A stretch of 64,000 nt of DNA from assembly GCA_965637545.1 (NCBI GenBank), contig OZ281498.1, forward strand, positions 3,224,001 to 3,288,000, given 5' to 3'. Origin of the DNA: Phallusia mammillata (Eukaryota). Made by a program: the position numbers and the translations under genes. Below are positions 1 through 10,235 of the stretch, in pieces. How positions within the stretch are numbered: position 1 is the first letter of the stretch; every line of letters begins with the position of its first letter. The notes under the pieces were generated by a model. The model worked only from the letters and a program-made list of their open reading frames with translations, was not told where the DNA came from and searched no databases.

Positions 1-488
1 CGTTGAAGTTCGCTTTCGGAATTAGTTAATAAAATACGCAAACATTACTATCATCAGCAAACAATACCAAGGTAGTCGAAATGTGGGTAATAACAGCAAG
101 TGAGAGTGAACCACGATTTTTCAGTTCACTGTTGTAAACTACGAGTTAGATCTGTGGAAAATCAAAGGTCTCGATCCGTTTTCATGTGTAAAAACTGTTG
201 TTAAATTCTGTTCTTAATATTTCAGTGCAAATCGTGCGGTAATGAAACATGGTACAAACACAACAGTAAAAAATCTGCACGGTATGTGCAATAAAAATGT
301 CCACTGCTAGTGAGAATTTGACAGAAACAACTGTCTACAAATTGTGTTGATTACAGAATAACGCACGTGTGTATTGCAACACAGCCACTACGGGCTATTT
401 ACTGCATACAAAAAACCGTAATTAATTTGCTAACAGCGTTTTATAATTGCACATTTTTTCGATTGTTCAATCAATTTAGGTGACGGTG

Positions 489-2508
489 TTAAAATTCAAT
501 GAGGTCGACGTCCTTCTGTTCTGCCCTTTCTTTATCTGATGTTTCCTGAATGAAAACCTCCGTACTGTTAGCAACTTCATCTCTTTTGTCTTTGTATCGC
601 CTCCAAGCTGACTGAATTCTGGAAATAAACAATGAACTTACTATTCCGTCGCATTCACCATTGGCTGGTTTCAAAAGGTTACATACATGCCACGAAATAA
701 GAACATTTGAGAAAGGCAACTATGAATAAATTTATTATTTATTTTAGATCCCTTAAGCCAATGTTTCTCAACCTAAGGATTGCACCATGTTCATGCCAAA
801 AAAAGGAAAAACACATTCTAGTAATCAGTAGTGTGGGTTGCATGGTGTTGAAAATCCCCAATAACAAACAATTATTTCAAACCTCTGGTTCATGCAAACG
901 AATTACATACATTGTTGCACAGTAGTTTAGGTGTCGGAATTTGTTTTTTCCGGTCAGAATGCATTCTTCAATCTCAGTTTCCAATGTGTTACTGCAACAA
1001 CATTTACATGAAAAATTTGAAGTACACTAATACAGTACACAACTTTCTACTTCTCTATCAGAATTTCTCCTTCTTCTACTTGTTCCATCTGTTTTTTATA
1101 CCTCTTTGCTTCTTCCTACAAACATGCTTTGAAACAAACAACTGAAAGTAAAAACAACAATAACAAGATTTACAAACCCTTTCAAACATTTCATATAACC
1201 GTGCAGTATAAATTTTTCTGCCCAGGTATCCACGAAAATGTTTTTGAATACAAGTAGCAGCCCAATTTTGAGGATCCTCCAGCTTCTTGTGATCCTGCAA
1301 AACATTAACATGACAACTAAACTGTGGAATCCCTTATTACACCATTCCAAGTACAACAGAACATGTTAGAGTTTCACGTACATAAAAAGGGCATTTTTTA
1401 ATTTTAAACATTTTCCAAAAACCAACAGGATTTCGGATGGTACAAAGTACAGGGGACTGAACTCTGTTTGTTTACACTCTGGTCAACTTGTCCGCGTAAC
1501 ATCCCAATGTGAGTTTTGTTACCGATGCGCTCAAGCTGTATATATAAAAAAACCTTTCAGGAAAGTAAGTTGCGCCACATTGTAATTTCGATTTTTGATG
1601 GGGGATTTTACAACAGTTCCTATTTTCCATCAACTGGTTTCCACCGATTGGGAATTTTTGCAGAGCGTGTTTTTGCGGCTCGCACTATAGTGCAATTTGC
1701 TACAATATGAATACAAAAACTCTTTCATTTTTGTGAAGCAAGTGGAAGAACAGAATGGGTTGTGGTGTAAATAACACAGCAGTACACCACCAAGTATAAC
1801 ATGCTACAAATTTTACAAATCTTTTCATGCAATTCAGACATGGTGTTAAATAATTTTTAATGGTTTAGGGGTGGATAAAATCAAACATATCAATCTGTAC
1901 AATGTGAGGGCATGATGACTGTTGAAAGATATGACCACTTGACTGAAGAGTGTTTAGAAGTTGTTATTATCTGGTTAGTATGTAGTTCATAATCAACCTT
2001 AATTTAACTTAAATGACCATATAATACACAATAAGTACAAGAACTTATTATTTAATTAGATAAAACAACAATTAGATTTACTTCATTTATGCTGGTAATC
2101 TGCTTGGCAATGGAAGGTGATATTCGATTCATCAAATCCAGATTTCTTATCATACGTAACTGCCATATTTCACCATAATCAGGTTCCTGCAACACTGGAG
2201 CTGAAATAAATTTCACGTAAAAGCAAAAACAACAAAACATATAGCAACACAAAATGTGTACAGAAAATGTGTCAAATTTAGGATCATTCAGAAGCAAAAA
2301 TATAAAGGTAAACCACAAACAAAAAATGGTCAGTAATAAAACACTTACCTTCAATTTTTAACTCTGCCAACAAAAGATTGTACTCTTCATCTGTTAACTT
2401 TATGTCATTCAAGGGATTTGCATCGGCACCAACGTTTTCATTATCTGCAGACTCATCAGCACTGGAATTTTCTGTGCCATAACCACAATCTACTATCTGT
2501 GCCTCCAT
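489..2508 (-). CDS. IQ-motif (calmodulin-binding) protein, about 223 aa, 6 exons; family not recognised
   Basis: Exons 2349-2508, 2082-2200, 1178-1294, 1051-1115, 911-991, 489-618 have GT-AG ends and sum to 672 nt (224 codons). Two IQ motifs: AATCIQKHFRGYLGRK and CATIIQSAWRRYKDK (the second is split by an intron). Acidic N-terminus MEAQIVDCGYGTENSSADESADNEN. Extra exons between 1295 and 2081 cannot be excluded. Confidence 0.75.
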
Positions 2509-3439
2509 TGTTTAACTGTGGAAGAGCCAAGAAAAAAATGTTGCAACTATGAAAAATAAATAGAGGCATGTAAATTTTTTTTAATTTTGTTGCATAAAGT
2601 GTGCTATTGTGTAATATGTGGATTGCACATCTGAAAAAATTGGTCACATATATATACATTGTTTACATTACTGATGTATTAACATAATTTATGTGCTTTT
2701 CTTTTGTAAATTGGGAAATAAGAATAAACAAAATGGCCTAGGTTTATCGGAGGTTAGTAAATTGAATAATTCAATTGCTTAAAAATTGGTAACACCTGTT
2801 TTTAGGCAACATGATATTGATGACAAAACAAATTTCCTCTTACTTTTGGTGTTTTACCCCAATCCAAATGCCCTGTTAATTGAAGAACAATATTGTTTGT
2901 TATTTGACAAGCCGATATGTTAAGACACAAATCAAACTTTAGAACAATCTAATTTCCCGAAAACGTTTCGGCTGGTGCTTAATGCTGACTACTTGCAAGT
3001 ACAACTAAAAAGTTTCAATTTCAAAGTGCGTGTGGTGCATAACAACAAAAAATACAGACAGGATCTCCCTATTGTTACCACTGGGGGCAATAAAGAAGTC
3101 ACGTTGCCATTTTTATTTTGTCATGGCATATAATAATTTTATTTTCCTGTTGTATGTGCAATTTATACAAGTCATCAATGCTGAAATTAAAATTTGGCGA
3201 AAAAATAAACATTTTTGGTATACCTGACACTAAAATCTTGTCCCTGGCCGTAAGCTTAATATTCACCATTTTTGGGGGTCAACAAACAAACTACTTACAT
3301 GGTGGATTAGAACAAAAAAAAATTAGTCGAGTCGTAGACCAAACTCAGTTCAAAGATACGAATAAACATCGCTGGTTTCTTTTTTTTGATTTAGTACAGC
3401 AGTTTTATTACCGCGGCCCTTTTCAGCTATAGGCTACCT

Positions 3440-3779
3440 CAGTGGTTCCCAAACTTTTTTCTTTGAAGGCGCATTTTACAAAAAACAAAAATTATTTGGC
3501 GCACTTCGAACATTTGAATCAAAAATATATTTGAATTTTTTATTTCAGTTTAAAATGGCACAGCAAATTAGCTGACAAAGGCACTAACTATGAGGTCATA
3601 AAGCCGCTATACAGGTCACTCTCATATTTAAATAGCCTAGTTGAACATCTCAGAGACGTGGAGCATGTTGGCCTAGTGGTCTAAGCACCTGGTACTACTA
3701 CTCTACTTGATTGATTTTAATTTCAATATTTTTTGCGGCACACCTAATGACATCTCGGCGCATAGTTTGGGAACCACTG
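3440..3779. mobile_element. hAT-type MITE (340 bp)
   Basis: TIRs CAGTGGTTCCCAAAC / GTTTGGGAACCACTG; perfect 8-bp TSD GGCTACCT (3432-3439 and 3780-3787). Confidence 0.92.
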
Positions 3780-5243
3780 GGCTACCTGAAAGCCCAGCCT
3801 GCTTGAAAAATTTCCAACAAGTTTATTCCAAATATGGAAAATAAATTTTCAATCCAGCATGCATACCTAGACGCAATATCAATTATTGTGAAAAAATAAT
3901 ATTCTGTTTCCACCGTTATGATTTACATCTCAAGTTGAATTTTTTTAATTAAATTCAAGCGTTAAGATACTTTACCTGCTATTTATCACTATTTACCCTT
4001 GTTTGTCGATATTATATCTTTATTAACAAAAAATGAGTGCACGCGTTTTAGAAATGCCTCCATTTATACGTCTACGTTGCTGCTACTAATGTCAGTAACT
4101 TAATTAGTTGTTACACTTTTTTTGAAAATTTTAATTTTCCCTCCTACTTCCGCGGTGCCTTGCATGATATCTCTGAATTTCCGAAGTTGCCGATAGCGGA
4201 AAAGCCCGAGGTGGGCGCTTTTGATGTCCTGCGACGATGGCGGGAACTCTTAGTTTTTGCTGCTTGACATGTAGTCAACGTAAAATATAAGCACAATTAA
4301 GACATCGTAAATTTAACAAATGAGTATTTTAAGGCGAAAGATACCCATATTCATAAAAACATACAAACAAAATTTTTAAATGGTCCCAAAGCGCGATTAA
4401 TTGATTGACGTAGTACAAACGACAAAAGTAATGAGAAAAGAAGTATTTTGTAACTGCTAAACAATATCAGCTTTAAGCGAACAATCAAACCACATGAGCA
4501 TAAACACAGCTTACGATAGTGGTGTTTACGCCCGTGTTTTATTTTTTAAATGCGGTTCCTTTATGGATGCACATTCACAGTGGCGTATTTGTACATGAAT
4601 AATATGTAGGCTATATTTAGTGTAGGATCTTGTTCCTTGGTTGCTATATCATTCCATTTGGGTAGGGTTTCTTTTTTGGTTGTCGTTGTTTACCTACCTT
4701 CAATTATTCAACCGGCTGGAATCCACCCATGTTGTCAAACCAAGTCGCGTTGCCGTTAGCGCCACTCGTTTCTTCAACGAGATTCCAACCTCTCAGGCCC
4801 GCTTTTTTGCCAGGTACAGCTGCTGCGTTTTTTACCGTTGCCCTCCATCTGTTAGTATTATTTTAGCGTATTTTCAACCGCTAGGTTTTCGCAGCTGTGT
4901 CCTGTGTTTGTCGTGTCATTGTACCGTCATAAGTTACTATGCTTGTCGCGTTCAAGTGCACGTGAACAAAATAAAATACGATACGATTTGAAATGGTCTT
5001 GAGATTATTCGTTTTGCTTTTTGTGCAATTGCAGGAAGTGATTAAAAGCTGCAACACATATTTATGAAAGGAAAATTATCAAAGGAATTGCGTTACATCT
5101 TATTTTCCAGTTATTGCTGATTTCTATTGATTCCCGATTTTCTTTACTGCAACTTGTGTTGCAATCTATTGCGTTGTGTGACGTAACAATTAACTGCCAG
5201 TTTTGTGTGATAACGTAACGTGGTTTCGTTCTTTTCGTTACTG

Positions 5244-5662
5244 CAGTGGTTCCCAAACTTTTTCATTATTTTTTCAAAACGGTCCCTTTGCCATTATTTC
5301 GAGGGCTCGCGGTCCTTAAGCCTGAATGTGTATTTCATAAAAACGAAAGTTGATTGCAGGATTTTAGCTAGTTATGCAAAATTGCGCATAACAATCATTC
5401 AAAGACAGCATGTGACATCACAAACAGGACAAAAACATTACGATTGTGCGCGAACAATTGCATTTTTGATAGTTGTCATTCAATAAAGGTCATTGTTTGG
5501 CAATGGAGACAGTCGATTCTCAATTCTACTTTAATTTAAACTTATTTAGTGGCACAAACTGACGCCAAATAAGATTATAGAATTACTTCAACCGCTTCGC
5601 GGTCCCCCAAAATTGCCTCACGGATCCCTAAAGGACCGCGGACCCCAGTTTGGGAACCGCTG
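5244..5662. mobile_element. hAT-type MITE (419 bp)
   Basis: TIRs CAGTGGTTCCCAAAC / GTTTGGGAACCGCTG; perfect 8-bp TSD CGTTACTG (5236-5243 and 5663-5670). Confidence 0.92.
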
Positions 5663-6501
5663 CGTTACTGTCTTCCATGGAGCACTTTGCTTTCTCGGTT
5701 GCATTTGAAGTCGTGTTTTTTATTGGTGATCGATTGTAAATATGTGTTTACGACTGCTAAAAGTTAGTTTCTTAAAAAGTGGAATAAAATTATTGTGGAT
5801 TTAATAGTGATGACTTGTCATGTCATTCTGCTTTACAATAATTGTCATGTACATTCAGCCAAGGTGCTTAATTTGAATTTTGTTAACGCAGTGGTCCTGT
5901 TGTGTATCTCCACCCCCACGTGAAGCGTGACTTCATTCTACACATACTGTCGCTCAACAATGCCACGGTAAGGACTAGCATCGTGGTTTATAACTTAATT
6001 GTATGTTTACGTGTGTGACAGTAACTACGAGTCGTGTACCCGTGTTGTTTATTTCTTTTCGTTACCACAACAATTGGTAAGACTTGTGTTGCATTTCCTC
6101 GTTTAAAGCAGAGTACTTAATGCAATGCCTTTATAGAAACCGTCTCCTTTCGTTTTGCATTTGATCTGTTCGTCATCAAGGTGTAGGCGGAATATTTCAG
6201 GTAGTACGCTAGTAACTTTCTGTCATACTCAGTTTAAGTCGATGATTGCAACTCAACTGATCGGCCCTGGTTTGGGCAAACCTCGTGTCTTGGTCATTCT
6301 TTTGGAATTGTTTGCTGATTTCAGAAGAAAAATAAATCTTTTCCGACCCAGATAACAAAAGAAGGCGATTGTTTAAGCATAACAAACTTTTCTTAGAATC
6401 TAAGACAGGGTTCTTATCCAGGGGTGCGAGAACTGTTCCGGGGATGCTGAATCATTAAGGTTGGTTAGGTCTATTCTATATAAATACAAAAAACCCAGGG
6501 G

Positions 6502-7379
6502 CAGTGATGGGGAGACTCGAGTCACCTTTTTAAATGACTTGACTCGAGTCTCAGTTGTGAAAAGACTCGACTTGACTTGGACTCGTCTTATTAGAGACTC
6601 GACTCGGAATCGTTATTTCACCAACAAAACGGATTTGGATTTTTTACAATTAATAATTATTAATACATAACCCGTTCAGTTGGCTTCAACCAAACAACAG
6701 CAGCAATTTACTGTGCGATGCGAAGTTATTTTTGCTTAATTTTAACGTAACGAAGTCGCTGCTGCATGCACAAACTTTCTTACGCTGGCATTAAGGGTTG
6801 TACTTATTGCTTGGGTTAAGGTAATGGAATGCAGTATGTCAAGACCAAGTATTCGTTTTCAAGCGCTTATATTACTGAACAAACGCTCTAGCGCAGGGGT
6901 GTGCAACCATTTTCGTCGGTGGGCCATATAACCAATTCCGCGGACATCAAGCGAGGGCCATAGATTTTTTTCATGTACACAATAAATTTAATTATTTTTG
7001 AAAGCATAAATACATTTATTTTCTAAAACATATTGAGTTTCGCTGTAACGCTGGCTTTCACGACAAAATAATTGTTTACTAGACAAAGGGAATTATTACG
7101 CCACATTCGGTACAGTACTCACAAACTGCTGTATGGCCCACTGGTCGGAAAACTGATTTAGCTTATACTTGTTACGAATAGTATAGCAGCTTGGAAGATT
7201 TACCAAAAACTATGAACCATTCAAATAGATTAACTATCTAAACCTTTATCCTTTCCTTGCAAAAACTTTTTGGGACTTGCCTTGACTCGACTTGAGACTC
7301 GAACCCCATTTGACTCGACTCGAGACTCGTACCTCTTGTGACTTGAGACTCGACTGATAGGACTCGTTACCCAATCCTG
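6502..7379. mobile_element. Nested hAT element with GACTCGA subterminal arrays (878 bp)
   Basis: Imperfect TIRs (CAGTGATGGG vs reverse complement of the right end, CAGGATTGGG); many GACTCGA repeats at about 6514-6610 and 7260-7365; perfect 8-bp TSD CCCAGGGG (6494-6501 and 7380-7387). Confidence 0.85.
6894..7150. mobile_element. Partial hAT MITE nested in the 6502-7379 element
   Basis: Left TIR-like CAGGGGTGTGCAACC followed by GGGCCA motifs. No clear right TIR or TSD, so the end coordinate is approximate. Confidence 0.45.
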
Positions 7380-7445
7380 CCCAGGGGTGTGTGAAAATTG
7401 GTTGGTGATTTGAAGAGGGTGCAACATGGAAAAAAGGTTAAGAAC

Positions 7446-7801
7446 TAGAGATGTACCGAATATTCGGTTTGCCGAATTTATTCGGCCGAATCGATCATTT
7501 TTGCAAAGATTCGGTTTCGGCCGAATAATTTGTTGCGATTCGGCCGAAACCGAATCTTTCACGAACACAAATTTAAAGCGTTAAACGTGTCTTTTCTGCT
7601 TATTATGGTCCACTAAGGACGAAACACAACTATTTTGCACTGGCTGCCTGGTAGATAAACATTTTTTTCACGTCAAACGCGTAGCGTACGACTTCGCGTG
7701 ACGTCATAAATGATTCGGTTGATTCGCCGAATTTATTCGCCAAAACCGCCGAATATCCGGTTTCGGCCGAATCGAAATTTAGCCGATTCGGTACATCACT
7801 A
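7446..7801. mobile_element. Nested hAT MITE with TTCGGCCGAA arrays (356 bp)
   Basis: TIRs TAGAGATGTACCGAAT / ATTCGGTACATCACTA; perfect 8-bp TSD TTAAGAAC (7438-7445 and 7802-7809). It is inserted into the right end of the 6406-7814 element. Confidence 0.92.
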
Positions 7802-8633
7802 TTAAGAACCACTGATCTAAGACTTAGATTATCCTATACATTGGTGGTTCTCAAACCTTTTGCCTTTTAAATTGAGGTATTTTTGCCCTTTTTTTCATTA
7901 CCAAGCAACCGAAACATGGTGCCTAAAATAGCAACCACGTTCGGTCCAGGACCAAAAGTTCAACCCCTTCGTTTGGGTTGCGACGTCGGGAATCAACAAG
8001 AAAGACACATTGCATTGTGATGTAACGTTGTTTTCCGCTGACAATTTACGTCTGTTCACAATGGGTTCAGAACGCATTCTGGTTTGTCACATATGAAGAA
8101 CGATATCTTTGTGCGCGAATTAAGAAGTTGTCGCGGACCCCAGTTGAAAACCATTGCTATCCATCCTGTTGTAGCGATCAATTTGTGGATATCGATATGA
8201 AATTTGACTGTTAAATGAAGCTTTCGTGAATCTGATTGGCTATCTTTACTCAAGAGGCAAGCACGTTTAAACAAAATGATAATCGAATAGGGGGGATTTC
8301 GGAAAAAAGTTGACCTCCACTAAGCGAGACAGTAAAATATCCGCAAGGTGTCAGTGTTGTAAAATTTTTAACTGTAATCTAAGGTAAAGAGCAACGTTTT
8401 GGTTGTTTTAATACCCTAAATTGTTTTTAGCACTCTTTTATTACTACGGTACATCAAAAAAAAATTCCGGTGCCAAGGCAGTTAGGCTCTAATAAACAAA
8501 AATCCAGAATAATACGCTCTGGTGCGCTTAATAAACTTAACGCATGACTGAACACATGTTTCTGTTGAACTGATGTTTTTAGCATCGTTTTAGGGTTCCC
8601 AAGTTCTCTTCATCTGCTTTTGGAACAGCAGAG

Positions 8634-10065
8634 ATGGTTTTATTAACTGCTGGTAAGTTACTTAGAGCCATTGGGGCAAGGACGTCCACAGTGAAACTCG
8701 AAAGACCTGCGAAGTTGATGATGAAGGGAAGAAATCCCATCATAAGAACACGACAGTATCTCGAAGAGGGTATAGTGTTTCGGGATTGTGTAAAAATACT
8801 TACCATACATTTTGGTGACTATAATGACAACGAATTAAAGTGAGTTATTTTAAATATTTACTTTACTAGGTAATGAAATACATAGCAAAATGACCTTTGC
8901 AGACTGGGTAGGATCAATGAAGTATTATGAGAGTGGGTGTTCAAATATTTTAGTTTACATATCAGACTTTATGTAAGCTATTGCTGCCAGATATACATTG
9001 TTAATCGTGCACCGTACTATGCGCATTCAGTCACTGAATGTTATTTACCCTGATAAAAGCGACCTGTGTAGGACCCAGTCTGCAGAACATGGCAGTTCCC
9101 GACGAGATCTTGCGCGTGCAGTACCTATAAGTCCCGCGTGCGCGCGTGCACGACCCATAAGTTCGTGTGCAAGACCAATTTCAGCAGGTGCAAATAAAGT
9201 AAGAGGTCAACACAGCCCATTTAGACGCCTTTGGTGCAAAATTTACGGGTGCAAACCCCAAAAATTGGCGTGCAAAAAATTTTGTTAAAAAAAAATCGTG
9301 GGTGCAGCTGTCATACTATGCAGACTGGTGTAGGACATCGGAACAAACATACAATTGCCAGAAAAGCTCTATAAACTTGGCTTACTATTGTAAATACTTA
9401 ATACATTTGACATGTTGAAAGTTGCTTCTAGTTTATACATGCATATTGTGCTTTTTTTGCAGAGAACTTGTAGATTTAAATTTCAGTCAACTACAGTACA
9501 AAAATCCAAATGTGCAGATTCTTTGTCTTAAAAATCTAACTCCAACCCCTTTTCTGACATTTTTCTTGGGTAAATACATGAAAACTTGCTATTTGGAAAA
9601 AGTGCAAAAACACAATAAGTTTTTACATGCAGATGATGGTGAAAAAGTTGTTGTTGATGTGGAAGGCATGACACAACTGCAGATTTTGCAACATATTCAA
9701 AAGGCATTTGGAAAACCACGGTAAGGCAATATTTTAATGAAGGTAAAACCAGTTATCTGGATTCAAAGGTCCTGTAGTTTTTTTATTGAGTAAACTAAAC
9801 TCAACTAATACAATAAATCAAAAGCGTTATGTGCCCTTTTCTTTGCAGTGAATTGGTGCTGTTTGAAAACAAAGCAATGGAACCCAACCCAGCCAACTTT
9901 GGAAAAAACTTTGCAAGAAAATGCATTTGCACTGAACTTGGCCAACTACCTTGCATGTCAACTAACAAAGTTGTCCCTTTTGACAAGCGGGATAAAATAA
10001 GTGGAAAAAGAAATTGGAACTATAATCCTAAAAAATATCCTAATGGTATTGAGGAAATAGTATGA
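8634..10065 (+). CDS. MRPS25: Mitochondrial ribosomal protein S25 (mS25), 205 aa, 4 exons
   Basis: Exons 8634-8839, 9463-9569, 9633-9720, 9849-10065 total 618 nt with GT-AG ends. Motifs MMKGRNPIIRTRQYL, QLQYKNPNVQI, LTPTPFLTFFL, NPANFG, CICTELGQLPC match mS25 (human MPMKGRFPIRRTLQYL, QYKNPWVQI, HPANFG, CICEVEGQVPC). Confidence 0.93.
9075..9328. mobile_element. hAT-type MITE, CCAGTCTGCA family, copy 1 (MRPS25 intron 1)
   Basis: TIRs CCAGTCTGCA / TGCAGACTGG; perfect 8-bp TSD TGTAGGAC (9067-9074 and 9329-9336); internally homologous to 21912-22160. Confidence 0.93.
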
Positions 10066-10235
10066 TTGTGATAGTGAGGATTTATAGCAAATCATCACCA
10101 GGAAAAGAAAAACCGAAGATCCAGCTTTATTGTTTCACATGAGCACAACTTTAAAACCAGATTGCCGCTTTTTTACAACTACCTTTATTTTGAAAGAGTT
10201 GGTAAAAGTTTTTTAAATTCAGTTAGGTGTAACTT

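Larger units (their letters stand above)
6406..7814. mobile_element. hAT-type non-autonomous element hosting nested insertions
   Basis: Ends CAGGGTTCTTAT / ATTAAGAACCACTG; perfect 8-bp TSD ATCTAAGA (6398-6405 and 7815-7822). Confidence 0.85.

Noticed and set aside
6461-7812. ORFs in the nested transposon stack as a possible transposase
   Set aside because: Short, low-complexity and derived from GACTCGA or TTCGGCCGAA arrays; no BED finger, DDE or hAT dimerisation motif.
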